64,000 bases of DNA from Euprymna scolopes (Eukaryota): NCBI GenBank assembly GCA_053919585.1, contig CM132820.1. The stretch is one strand, 5' to 3'. Of the stretch, positions 11,219-23,575 are shown piece by piece. The position numbers and the translations under genes were made by a program. Under the pieces are notes generated by a model that worked only from the letters and a program-made list of their open reading frames with translations, made no database searches and had not been told where the DNA came from. Each line of letters starts with the position of its first letter. The stretch's first letter is position 1.

Positions 11219-12089
11219 AAAGACGGATACTACTTCACTACCCAGTTTATGATCATGAAATCAGGGGAGGGGTAGTGAAAATTGAATGTGACTGCAGTCA
11301 TGGAGGTGGGCCGGGGCCGCATGTGCGAACTCGAAACCCGAGCGATGGGAGACGAGAAGGCGACGAATCAGCAGGTTCGAATGCGCATTAATTTGCATAA
11401 ATGAGATAATATAAGGGAGTCGAGCCGTTCAGTTCTCGAGAACTGGATGGAACCTGGTTAGAGCGGAGAGTATCGCTGAGGATCGAATCCAGGTTTTTTG
11501 TTTTTTTTTAGATTAGGGTAAGTCACGTTTTCCACACGTATTAACGTCTCTGTAGCAGTTGTTATTTGCTGCAAACGGCAACCAGTCCCAGGGGGAATAA
11601 ACATGATGTTCATATACAGATGTTGGTTACATCAAGGATGAATCACTAGAGTTGATGAGGGTTGATTTGTTGTTGGTTCCATCTGCTGGTAGATATCTTC
11701 ATAACGTCATTATGGGCAGGATTTTATCGGCGTTTGTGATAAAACGAACCATTGGGCTGAAATTGAATGCTTATGCAAAATAAGCAACAATACATCTATT
11801 TGCATAAAAATATAATGATTTCATTTTTAACAATTAAAAGGGACACTTTTATCTCTACCAAACGTATACCGCCAATGTCCCAGACAACGCAACGTAGGTT
11901 TGCTATTTTAAATAAAAGTAAGTGTTCTTATATAAGAGACATGGATTTAATTGTTTTCTTTCACCAATCTATTTGTATTTTAATCTTTTTTTATTATTAG
12001 TGATGACAATTAGAGAAATTATATTGCAATTTATAGTGAGTAATACAAATTACCTGCTGTTTACAAAGTAAATGAGAAAATGTAATATT

Positions 12090-14650
12090 CTGGTTGCTTT
12101 GCTGAAATTATTGTTTTTGATTAGCTTGGCAACATCACGCACATATACAGGGTGTTTCAAAAGACTTGGGAACATAACGATTTTTAATAACTCAAAAACT
12201 ATTAGGAGTTGAAAAATGAAATTGGTACCGTTAGAAAGGTTAAAGTTTCAAGTTTTGTGGGGAATCTTCAAAGTTGCTCAATATGAGCACCATTCGTCAC
12301 ATGGCAGACATCTAGTCGATAGTCCATTTCCTGCCAAACGCGTTCCAGCATTTTGACGTCAATGGTTCCCACAACTGCCGTTACTCGAGCCTTTAGTTCG
12401 TCAATATCTTTTGGAAGGGCCGCCACATAGACTTGTTGCTTGACAAAGCCCCAAAGGAAAAAGTCACACGGGGTAAGATCTGGAGACCTAGGAAGCCAGG
12501 GCATGAAAACGTCATCACCTCGCCCAGATCTCCCAATCCATCTACCAGGCAGCCTTGTGTTAAGAAACTGCCTTACTCTAAGACTCCAGTGTGGTGGTGC
12601 ACCATCTTGTTGAAAAATGAAGTCATCAGATTCTGCTTCTTCCAACTGAGCCATTAATCAGTCTTCCAGCATGTTGAGATAGGATTCACCAGTGATAGTT
12701 GCCTCTTCAAAGAAGAACGGTCCATAGACACCTTTCTTGGAAATTGCACAAAACACGTTCACTTTTGGTGAATCTCGCTCGTGCTCAAGAAGTTCATGAG
12801 GATCCTCAGTACCTCATATGCGAGTGTTATGCTTGTTAACTTTGCCATTCAGATGGAAGGTCGCCTCATCGCTAAAAACAAGCCGGTGATCAAAGCCGTT
12901 ATCTTCCAACTTCTCTTGCATTGCAATGCAAAAGTCACGGCGAAGTGGCTTATCAGTGTCCTTCAACTTTTGGACCAACTTGAGCTTGTAAGGTACCATT
13001 TGCAGTCGTCTCCTTAAGACACACCAGACAGTTGCTGGAGCAAGCTGAAGTTCTCTGCTGGCTCTTCTCACTGATTTACGGGGGCTCTGCTGAAAGGCTG
13101 TCCGAACTTGCTCAACTGCATCTTCTGAAGTAGAAGGGCGACCTGGCACAAACACCCATCTTTCACAAATTTAGCATGCCATCTGACAATGGATTTCCTT
13201 TCAGATGCTTCTTTTTTAAATTTCCTGCGAAATGCACGCTGAACACATGTCCACGATTCAGTCTTTGCAAATTGGAGGACGCAAAATGCCTGGTCTTGTT
13301 TAAAGAACGCCATTACTGCACCTGGAAAGATAAGACGAAAATCATTAGTATGACCAAAAACTTGATTAAGCAAGCTTTAAAATGGCTCCAGTTTCATTTT
13401 TCTACATAAAATAGTTCATGAGATATACGCATTTGTAATGTTCCCAAGACTTTTGAAACACCCTGTATTTGTATGTCGTGTAGCGTGTTTTCTGATGTAG
13501 GAGGAAATACGGGGAGTTGGCGACCTTGTTTGCATAGTGTAGAACTAGCTGCAAAGTTCTTGGCAAAAAGTTTAGATTTGTTTGATCCTGACGATATTAC
13601 TTTAGCCCTATTGATGATAGTTGGGACAGAGCACATGTTTCTGTTCAAAATCCTCTTTGCTATTTGCCAAAACTGGTGGGAACCAAGCGGCTGCTCAGCT
13701 ACTTTGGACTTAACGGACTGAGCATACAACTCTCCCGCATTCTTTATTACTCTTTTACAGTGGTTGCTGTCAGTCCTGACAGCAGCTTTAGTCTCAGTAC
13801 ATCCATTACGTTGGAAGCATTAGAAAAAGTAATTTCTCTGCGCAATGGCAGCAGCACATTCTGGAAAGAACCACGACTGGCTGTTAGGTTTTTGATGGAA
13901 AATTTTAGAGGGTATGAAACGGTCTATACCCACAATTAACCATTCCGTCAGGTCTAATACTATAGAGGACATCCTTTTTAAACATGGGACTCTAAGGTAG
14001 ATCTGATCTAAATGTACGGAAGCTATCCCAATCAACCATAGAGTATGGATATACTGTCGATGTAGAGGTATGTCTGAGGACTTATGACATTTCGTTGTTA
14101 TCTTAACTAATACAACAGAGTGGTCGGAAGATTCCAGTGGAGACAGAACGGAAGATGAATATAGCTCAGGGCAAGTTGTGAGAAAAAGGTCTAGGAGACT
14201 TGCGTCTTGGTCGTCAGTGTCGGACACACGGGTGGGTTCGTGCACAATTTGAGTGAGGTCATAAGCAATGGAGAAATCGTGACAGAACCTCCTCACATCA
14301 TCTGCCTTGTTTGAGTGGGCTAATCATTCCACATTGTGAACATTGAAGTCTCCACGGACGTGAATGTCAGCAAAAGGATAATCAGAGAAGATGTGGTCAC
14401 TTTTCTCAGATATGCTTTTAAAGATAGTAACTCCGCTGTTGTGGGGGCGATAGAGGGAAAATGTAAATGAAGTAGTGTGATCAAGTGCACCGCGGAAGCA
14501 CATTTTGGGTAATTTAGGATCTTCTCTGGAGATGTCCCTACCACATGGAAAGCCATCTTTAATGTAGGCACATATTCCATGCCCATGTCGATCATAAGGG
14601 TTAGATTTGAAGGTTAGACTATCCTTTAATTTCGAACTCATCTAGAGAAA
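12090..14650 (-). mobile_element. CR1-group LINE fragment (APE endonuclease plus linker), interrupted by a mariner
   Basis: FSLYRPHNS, VRGDFNVHN, LLDLFLTT, SSDHSVV and PWF-like motifs. The sequence at 12147-12090 continues the LINE and matches 25160-25225 of the sister copy. Confidence 0.85.
12148..13465 (-). mobile_element. Complete Tc1/mariner-superfamily transposon (DD41D/rosa-like), decayed transposase
   Basis: TIRs CAGGGTGTTTCAAAAG(A/T)CTTGGGAACAT, TA TSD, 1318 bp. The transposase (~13313-12268) has an N-terminal VQRAFRRKF HTH, FSDEATF, QQDGAPPH and RSPDLTPCDFFLWG, with frameshifts and a stop. Confidence 0.93.
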
Positions 14651-15795
14651 TAGTCGATCCAATGTCATGTGACTTTAGGAGATAGTGAAATGAAGAAGAG
14701 TTTAATTGATTCGAATCATAAGGAGTTCCGATTTTAGTTTGGAAAAAAGCAATAGATTCATAATAATTTTTTATTATCTCCATATATAATATTTTGTTTA
14801 CAGAAATTCCCCCTGGACAAAAGTACCATATGTTTTCTACGATACCACATAAAAATCCAATATATCTACCCTGATTGCCACTATCTTATGTAACTTACGA
14901 TCACCATTTCTTCCACATTCACTGGTGATAATAAACTGCTACATTACATCCGATTAGCAACACCATCACACTCGCAACCTCTACAGAGGAAGAGTTCCTA
15001 TTTTTCTCTCCCGATATTTAATGCTCTCACCGCTACCAGTTGAAGCCGAGACATATTCTATATTCTGTACCTCTACAAGGTAACTATTTACCCATGCATG
15101 GAGTATTGTTGTCACATTTAGGCTGGTGAATCTCTCCCTTATTGACAGGGTTCCAAAGAGAGTCGCCAACCTGACAGGTCCTTAACTGTCATCTAAGAAA
15201 TCTCTGTCCCATCCACGAAATTTTGCATCCCTCTGCCTGTTTTACAAATATTTTAATGGTGGATGCTCTGCCGAACTACAAGCCCTTGTACGTCGTCGAC
15301 GTAAATACCCCCGAAAAATCTGATAAGCGGCAAAGTCCCATCCTACAGAGTAGAGATCCCTAGATGTAAGAAAGCCTTCTACTCTAATAGTTTGATTCAC
15401 AAAGTTTCTAGACTTTGGAATTGCTTAACGGATTCCTGCTTCCCCAACTGTACTAACATGCAGAAGTTCAAGTGTAATGTGAACAAACATCTTGCTGACT
15501 AATTCTGTATATAGTAACTGTTGTATTATTTACATGTGCTGATGATTAGTGATTAACTAGAACGCTGAGAGATTGGAATGAAACGCGTTTATTTTCTAGT
15601 CTTACAAACCGGAACTGCTTGGCGGTGAGCCCGAAACCGGAAGTAGGGTTATGGGAGAGGAGTGGGAGGAAGACTGGATGGGGGTATTACTATTGGTTCT
15701 ACAACATCTCCCTTTCTATTGAAGGAGAAGTATATTGGGTTGTGATGGTCTGGGGACGGTTTGTGGGGAGGGGGTAATAGATCGTTTGTTATGTG

Positions 15796-18700
15796 TCACA
15801 GGTCGAGTCTCTGTATAGGTTTGCTCGGCCTGCTTGATCTGCGTGGTTTGGCAGGCGTCGATGGAACTGATGGATGTGTCCTTGGGATGGTTGATAGGTG
15901 ACCATCGGTTTGCCTTGGGTTTTGTGCTGGAATAGCGTCGTGAAGATAAGGAACTCTGTGTGTTCCGCAACAAGTTTTCAGTTGGTGCTGACACTTCATA
16001 TTGGCTGCCTTGCCCTTTGTTGGCCTTAATGACTGTCTGTTTCTACGATGTATTACACCACTTGCAAGTTTCACCTGGTATGACCTTGGCTCATCAGCAA
16101 TCTGTACAATCTTTCCGGGTTCCCAGAGTCTGGTTCTTTTGTCTTGAACATAAACCGGTTGACCGGTCTGTAACTCTGTGTGTTGGTGGCTATTCTTTCG
16201 GTCGTACCATTTTTTTGTTTCTTCTTTGTTTTTCTCAAGCTCTACCTTTGTTTGTTCATCTCCTAGTTGTTGTTTCGATATCAGTGGGGTCCTCATGGGT
16301 CTCCCATTCAGTAACTCTGCTGGGGATTTGATTTGAGCTGATAGTGGTGTGGCCCTGTAAGCCATCATTGCTAAGTGGCTGTCTGTGTTTGTCTCTCGAG
16401 CTTTCAACAATAGCTTTTTACAGATCTGCGAATCCATTTGACCGGGGGTGGTGTGGTGACGAGGTAGTGTGCTTGAAGTTGTAGGATTTGGCAAAATCTG
16501 CAAACTCTGTACTGGAATACAGTGGCCCATTGTCACTGTATACCACCTCTGGGACATCACGTTCTTCAAACAGGAGTTTCATTTGTCGAATTATTGCGGC
16601 TGATGTGGTGGAGTGGAGACGCCGTATGAATGGGCTGCGGCTGTAATAGTCTCCCATTAGTAAGAATTCCTTATCTTCCATAGCAAAGATGTCTGTACTG
16701 ATATACTGCCATGGGTAAGAAGGGGTTTCATGCTGGTGTAGTGTTTCTGACGGGATACTGGGTTGGTACTTCTGACATGTAGAACAGTCTCTAATTAGTT
16801 CTTCTATGTCCTTGTTGATACCGACCCAGAAAACTGCTGTTCGAGCCAGTAAACGTGTTTTCTCTATCCCTTGGTGGGACGAATGTAGTTGTTGTAGGAT
16901 GTCTGATTGAAGTGAGAGAGGTATAATTATTTTATTGCCTTTAAGGAGTATCCCATCCTGGAGTCCAATTTCATCCCTATAGTTCCAGAAAGCTTGTATA
17001 TGAGGGTGGCAGTTGGATCTATTTGCTGGCCATCCCGACGTAACGGTGTTGGTGAGCTCTTGTAGTACTGGGTCCTTGAATGTTTCTGCCTTGATATCTT
17101 GCAGGCGAGTTGGAGATGCATTGAGGTGTGCGTTAAGTAGATGTATGTTGATGTCTACATCTCTGATTGGTTCCCCTGGTCTTGGTGATACCCTGGACAT
17201 GCAGTCGGCTATTGGGATATACTTTCCTGGATTGTATTTAACTGTGAAGTCATAGCCCTGGATTTTGAGTAACATTCTTGCTAGCCTTGGTGGTGCATTA
17301 GCCAGATTCTTTAAGGCTATTGATTCTAGTGGTTTGTGGTCTGTTTGTATTGTCACTGCTTGGCCCCATACATAGTGATGAAATGTCTCCAATCCAAAGA
17401 CCACTGCTAGCATTTAACGTTCTATGTTGGAGTATCTTGTTTCTGGCCCTGACAGGGTTTTGCTTGCTAGAGCGACTGGCATTCCATTTTGAATGAGGGC
17501 TGCGCCCAGTCCAGCTGATGATGCGTCTACTTGTATATTGATTGGCGCTTTGTGGTCAAAATATTTGAGCACAATTGCTTTTCCTATTTCCTCTTTTATG
17601 TTGTTGAATGCCATCTGTTCCTGTTCTGTCCAGATGAACTGCGTTTTTGTCGACAGAAGGTCTCGGAGCGGCTTGGTCAGCATTGCCAGATGTGGTGAAA
17701 ATTTGTTCAAGTAATTTGCTGGCACAAGAAAGCTTGTTAGTTGTTTTTCATCTTTTGGTGGTTTCATCTGAACGATCGCTTCTATCTTCTTTGGGTCTGG
17801 TTTCACTCCATCCCTTGGTATGACATGTCCAAAAAAAGAAATTTCTTGTGCGCGGACCACTAATTTGTCTGGGTTTAACTTGCAGTTCTTAGACCGAGCT
17901 CTTTCTAGTAGTTCCTTGAGCGCTTTGTCATGATCGCTACCATCCTCCTCAAATCCGACAATAACAGTGTCATCTGATATTGAGAGAACATTCTTGATGT
18001 CTCTAAAGGCATCAAACATAGCTCGCTGAAATTCGTCTTGTGCGCTCTTAACTCCCATTGGGAAGCGCTTGAACATATAGCGTCCTTCAGGGGTGATGAA
18101 AGTGGTTAGTTCTCTTGATTTCTTATCCAGTTTCATGTTCCAGTAGCCAGATTTCACGTCGACTATTGAGAACCATTTTGCTCCATGGAGTCTGGGGATG
18201 ATTTCCTCAAATGTCGGTGTGACAAAATGTGGTCGCAACACCGCCTTGTTTAGATCTTTAGGATCCAGGCATAGCCTGACAGATCAATTGGGTTTTGTGA
18301 CACACACAAAGGAGTTGACCCAGGACGTCGGTTTTGTTACGGGAGTTATTATATCCTGGGCTACAAGGGAGTCTAGCTCTGCTTTGAATTTCTCTTTTAA
18401 AGCTATTGGCACCCGCCGGGGTGAGTGTATTACTGGAGGTATTGACGGGTCAATCTTAATGCTGTACTCCCCTGGCAGGCACCCGATGCCCTTGAATACG
18501 TCAGAAAACTCTCTCAGTATGCGCTTTCTTTCTTTCATGTCTCCTTCTGGTTTTGCATGCGTTGCTGCAGTTGAATCGGTGTGGTCATGCTCCACTGTAT
18601 TGGTCCCTATTGTAAAATTAAGGGTAACTAGTCCCAGTTTTCTAGAAGTCTGGAGGCCAAGTAGTGCGGGTCCCCTGCTTTTTACCACGTGGAAGTTGGC

Positions 18701-18960
18701 ACTCGTAAATTTGTCGCCATATCTGACTCCTAGGTGACATATACCCACTTGGTCGATTGGGACACCACCGAAGGCAAATAGTTTGATTGGAGTGTTTAGA
18801 AGTGCACATGTTTGAGTTGTTTGTAACACTCCCATGGGATAAAGTTGTTCATGGCTCCTGTGTCCACCTTCGCATTTATTTTTATTTGTGATTTTTTGTT
18901 CCCTATTCTCAAGTCTGCATATGCCTCTCTAGCATCTGCTGGGACATGGGATTTTGTTAT
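15796..18960 (-). pseudogene. pol: Gypsy A pol (PR-RT-RH-IN), disrupted
   Basis: VDTGA protease; RT VDVKSGYW..SISDD; RH VDASSAGLG..TDHKPL; IN HHCC plus SDNGP. In-frame TAA at 17414-17416 and frameshifts. Confidence 0.92.
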
Positions 18961-19037
18961 TTTTGGCCCTGATATGGTATGGAAATATACCTATGTTGGT
19001 GAGTGGTCATCTTCTCTCATCGCTCTGCATTGTAATA

Positions 19038-19847
19038 TTATGGGCGTTTCTGTTTCTTGGGTTTCTTGTTGCTCTTGGGGGGCCTGTCTTGTTTCCAAGT
19101 TGAATCTTTTGTGTTTCTGGTGCGGCAAGCGACTGCAAAATGTCCCGTCTTCCTGCACTTCCCACAAGTTTTCCTTTTTGCTGGGCATTCGCCTCTGTAA
19201 TGGCTTTTCCCACAAAAATAGCATTTGTTATGATATTCTTTCCCAGCCTTTATTGCATGGGCATCTTGTGGGTTTTCTTCGGAAAATTGTGGGACACTAT
19301 GCGTGTTTTGTATTGCCTCTACCTGTTTCAATGTTGCTTCTTCTGTCTCTGCAACATGTAGTGCTTCTGCGATGTTGAGATTATATCCTTCCTTAAGTAA
19401 GGATTTTTGTGTGGACTTATTGTTCAGTCCAAAAATGAAAATATCTACCAGAAGAGTTTTTTCAACGGGGGACTCGTACTCGCATTGTTTCAATATCTGC
19501 CTTAATCGTTTAAGAAATGCGTGGGCTGGTTCATCAGGTTGTTGTCGACACTGTAGAAGCTGATACCTCGAGACGCGGAAGTTTGATCTTGGCTCTATAT
19601 ATGCACGAAATTTCTTAATATAATTTTCTACATTACGTGTTTCACTTTCCTCAAACTGAAATGTGTCACTCAGATCCTGTCCTTCAATCCCTGACCACAA
19701 TAACAGATAATTAACTTTCAAGTCCTCACTTACATCCTTGAGGGGTCCGTTAAAGTGCAACATGACCTGTCGAACGAATCTATCAAAATCTTTTGCTAAA
19801 TTATTACTCTGCCAATCCATAGAAGGGGGCGGTATTTGACAAGCCAT
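19038..19847 (-). CDS. gag: Gypsy A gag
   Basis: 269-aa ORF with CYFCGKSH..CPAKRKTCGKCRKTGHFAVAC. Confidence 0.9.
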   Translation of the reverse strand: MACQIPPPSMDWQSNNLAKDFDRFVRQVMLHFNGPLKDVSEDLKVNYLLLWSGIEGQDLSDTFQFEESETRNVENYIKKFRAYIEPRSNFRVSRYQLLQCRQQPDEPAHAFLKRLRQILKQCEYESPVEKTLLVDIFIFGLNNKSTQKSLLKEGYNLNIAEALHVAETEEATLKQVEAIQNTHSVPQFSEENPQDAHAIKAGKEYHNKCYFCGKSHYRGECPAKRKTCGKCRKTGHFAVACRTRNTKDSTWKQDRPPKSNKKPKKQKRP

Positions 19848-20559
19848 TGTTGATAAGGAATTAGCACCTGAAGAAATAAGAATTTTTTTTTTATTTATAA
19901 AAGTGTCTGATTGGCGTATGGTATTTGTTTGCTTTTGTAAAAAATAATAACAATAACGAATCGCCTACCTTGTGTCGTGTCTCGTCTTTATTTGTGTTTT
20001 TTAAACATTTTTTTATTACTTTTATTCCTCAGTCTGTGACTTCGTTTATTTCCTTGTTGTTGAGTTATTCAGTTGACGCGTGTATTTCGTTAGTTCACTT
20101 TACACCGTGATGATACAACGTTTTTGAGTTCCTGCGTCGCGTTCGCACGTGGACTGATGGGTCGATTGGTTTTCGTTTTTTTTTCTTCTCTTTTTTGTTT
20201 AAATTTTTTTCTCTACTATAACCGTAGATATCTAGTTACATTTAACCACTTCTAACACCATGTTGTATTATTTACATGTGCTGATGATTAGTGATTAACA
20301 AGAACGCTGAGAGACTGGAATGAAACGCGTTTATTTTCTAGTCTTACAAACCGGAACTGCTTGGCGGTGAGCCCGAAACCGGAAGTAGGGTTATGGGAGA
20401 GGAGTGGGAGGAAGACTGAATGGGGGTATTACTATTGGTTCTACAACAGTAACCCCTACCTGAAAGTGACACTGTCCCTTGTTTGGAGTGAAAATGCAAA
20501 AAAAACAAAAAACAAAAGAATACTACGACGTTAAGGACTCTAAGAGAAATGATTGATGA

Positions 20560-21780
20560 ATTCAACTTAATTTTAATATAACGTTTGTATCCTCTAGCGA
20601 AAATAAGGCCGACATAATAACTACAGTAAAAAAGAAATGCTGGCTTAAACCAAAAAGGGCGAAGACAGCAGCTTGATGTGTCGCATATGAATGAATTGCA
20701 TGAGCTACACCATATAGGACTAGAAAGAACGGTTTTTGGAGTGCAGAAGGTCTATCTGGAGGTGACAAGAGATAGTGTGCAAAAGGTGGTGAGAAACTGT
20801 GATCAATGTCGGATGATCGACCCGCCACCAACCATTCATGAACCAGAGGAGGTTCAAGTGGCTGTTAATTTGACGCAATTGTCTATTGACGTCACGCTCT
20901 ATAAAGGAGGAGTATACCTATCTATGATAGTGTGTGGTCCAGGGAGAGTTTTCATTTGGAGAGGGATTCAAGGAGAAACAGCAGAATCATCGCAAAAGGA
21001 TTGGAAAATATTTTTTTAGCATGGACCAGTTGAAGAGGTGCTGATGGAGAATGGAATGGCGTTCCATTCGGAGATACTTCGGAAAATGTTAGATAGTATG
21101 CCAGACAGCATCATAGAGCAACCTATCTGTCCAGCAGAAACAATATCATAGAATTATAAAAGCCATCGCCAACAGTAGGGAATATCACCTGCATAAGCAG
21201 GATTTTGGTTCAAGAGAACTCCTGAATCTAGGCAGCGTTAGGAAACAGTACTGCATAAGACGATATTTAAGTACCAATGGCGACAGTCTAGAGTTATCTG
21301 ACGAGCTAAAGTCTATATGAATTGGAGAAGAGAATTTAGTTCAACCACCTTGGTCCACTGCACATAAAAATGGGCAAAACACAGTTCGAGAACAATATCG
21401 AGGTGGGCGGTATACCAAGACATTTTCTGGATAAATAACTTGATTGGGAGAGAGTAAGAGAATGAGGGGGATAATGATCAACAGGAAGCTGAACAAGAAA
21501 CACAATGAGGACCCAAAGAGAACGACTTCTGCTGAGATGGTAGAATTACTACGTGCCATGAGTGATTGAAGGGATCAGGGGAGCGTGTGATTAACTGATT
21601 TAATTTGTAACGTCGTGTGTTGTAAGCAGATTCTGGACTTGACTATTAAGAGGCGACTTGTGTCAGCTGTGTGTCGTATTTTGCAGTTTGGATGTTTTTG
21701 ATAGCAAAATTGTGGCATCGTTGCTTTTGATTTTGTTATATTAAAATGTGGTCATAAATAAAATTATGATACTATCGCCT
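20560..21780 (+). mobile_element. Decayed Gypsy integrase fragment, PPT and LTR (element-B lineage)
   Basis: HELHHIGLERT..CDQCRMIDP, IDVTLYKGGVYLSMI; GIRGAC-type PPT/LTR junction at ~21578-21590. The LTR end is approximate. Confidence 0.75.
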
Positions 21781-22240
21781 CCCCGGCAGGGTTACTTGAT
21801 TTAAGAACATCTTGGGAACGTAACCAGCTCCCTTGGGAATAAACGATATCCAACGATATCTAACGATAGACACACGTTGAAAACATCAACAAAAAAACGG
21901 GTTGATCTGTCGTCGGCTATAACTGTTTGGCATGGGTCGCATCTTGTGTGTTCATTGCGTCGTTATAGGCAGCTTTCTCTCGACGCATTCAGGAGAGGAA
22001 CCGAAGACTGAAATGGAACACTTGTACAAAAATAGCAAACTAATGCATTTTTATAAAAATATATAATTTATTTAAGATTTAACAATGAGGAGAATATTTA
22101 GTCGACCCATTGCGTGCACACTAAATCACTACGTCATCCGCGTATGGGGCGAAAGCTCCAACTGTTTTTACAACAATGAAATTATATTTCAATTCTCTCT
22201 TTAAATGAAGAAAGAGAGAGAAAGGGAGTGAATGAGAGAA

Positions 22241-22242
<2 letters not shown>

Positions 22243-22304
<62 letters not shown>
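22243..22304. repeat. (GA)n microsatellite
   Basis: Direct reading. Confidence 0.95.
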
Positions 22305-22309
<5 letters not shown>

Positions 22310-23244
22310 TTTTACACAATGTTTTTATTTTTTCCAACTTCAGATATCCGCGTGTGGGTGTGGAGTATAGAAGTGCGTTTATCAGGTTTGTGTTTAACTA
22401 TCTGACTCCATAGAAATAAATAAAACAGTCATTATATTTTAAGGGTAAGAAAAAGCAGCTTTATTTATTTATTGGTGGGAGGTAGATAGAGGTAGTTTTT
22501 GCGGCAGAAGAGCATTTCGTGAATTTGTGAGAGAAAAGGTTAGCGTGGAGAGAAATCCACAAAAGAAGAATGTTCATTTGGTTTGTACTTATCGGTTTAG
22601 GTGGAAACAAAGTTGGTTTGAATTTACTTCAGTGTCTTCTTTTTCTGGTTATGTGAGTTAGGCAGTGTTTAGTAATTGGAGACGTTGGCCCATACATGAG
22701 AGCGTAATCGGCTTCAGTTCACTGGTGCCTTATTTCTTCTTTTTTTTTTTTCTTCATTATGTCTCTTCAGGTTTGGTGACAGAATCCGTCCATATGTTCA
22801 CTGACGCAGCGGGGCGAATCCTCTTTTCTCCTTCAACCGAAAGTCCCGTGCTTTCTTCCTGTGCGCACAAGACCTCCTTCCTTCGTCTCCGACTGTTGAT
22901 TTCTCCCTCCTCCGGTGTTGCAGCCAACACTTACTTATCCCCACATAGGTCTGACGTTTCTTGAATTATTCTGACACCGGTTCAGTTTCATAACACCTGT
23001 TATTCAAACCCAACCGACATTCTCTAACCTTCCTAAATCCACAAAACACCTGCATGAAACGTTTTTAACTTCATCACAAAGTCAGACACAAGGTTAGAAG
23101 CTAGATATAGGGGTTATTAATGTAGAAGCCTTCAACTCCCTTAAAAGGAGCTACGTCATTGTGCGACAAAATAATACTAATTTTATCTATGCTATTCACC
23201 AAAGAGACTGGGTCTATTTCAAAATGATTTTCATTTAAATTTTT

Positions 23245-23575
23245 CTCATCAATTTATTTCTGCGAACTTGTTCTTCCGTTCGCCGTCTTGAATCAGTTTG
23301 CAAAGTCATCCAGCATCCACCTTTGAAAAATAGTTTCCTTTATAAAAGCAGTTAAAGTTACTCGAAAGCAGAAAACAAAAAGTAAGTATTACTACATGAA
23401 TTTAGTATCGAGTTTTGTGCATTTGCAGAATACGTTAAAAATGTAAGGGAGATACTTGCATTTACTAACTGAATAATCATAATGAAATATTGAAAACCTA
23501 CAAAACTAATTTTCCACATGGAAATGTTTAACTGCCGAATGCGTTTTTGTTGTATTTCCTTTTTAATAATAAATG
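23245..23575 (+). repeat. Dispersed repeat (arm of an old foldback-type element)
   Basis: ATTTATTTCTGCGAACTTGTTCTTCCGTTCGCC...GCATTTGCAGAATA..TTAAAAATGTAAGGGAGATA recurs at ~30735-31080 and, inverted, at ~31985-32055. Confidence 0.7.

Larger units (their letters stand above)
15519..20448 (-). mobile_element. Full-length Ty3/Gypsy LTR retrotransposon A (4930 bp)
   Basis: 188-bp TG...CA LTRs at 15519-15706 and 20261-20448 with 3 mismatches; TSD GTAAC; PBS TGGTGTTAGAAGTGG (tRNA-Leu-like); PPT AGAAAGGGAGA. Confidence 0.97.
14965..20512 (+). mobile_element. 3' end of a CR1-group LINE, split in its 3' UTR by Gypsy element A
   Basis: ILYLYK...MEYCCHI motif at ~15060-15125. The 3' UTR resumes after 20453 and ends in an A-rich tail near 20512. 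Confidence 0.75.

Noticed and set aside
22130-22165. GGGGC-GAAA-GCTCC tetraloop hairpin as part of a ribozyme
   Set aside because: It is an isolated 5-bp stem with no other conserved ribozyme elements.
22300-23130. Possible LTR, PBS (GGTGTCAGAA at ~22969-22978) and leader on the minus strand
   Set aside because: I found no recognisable gag, LTR termini or TSD, so it is left unresolved.
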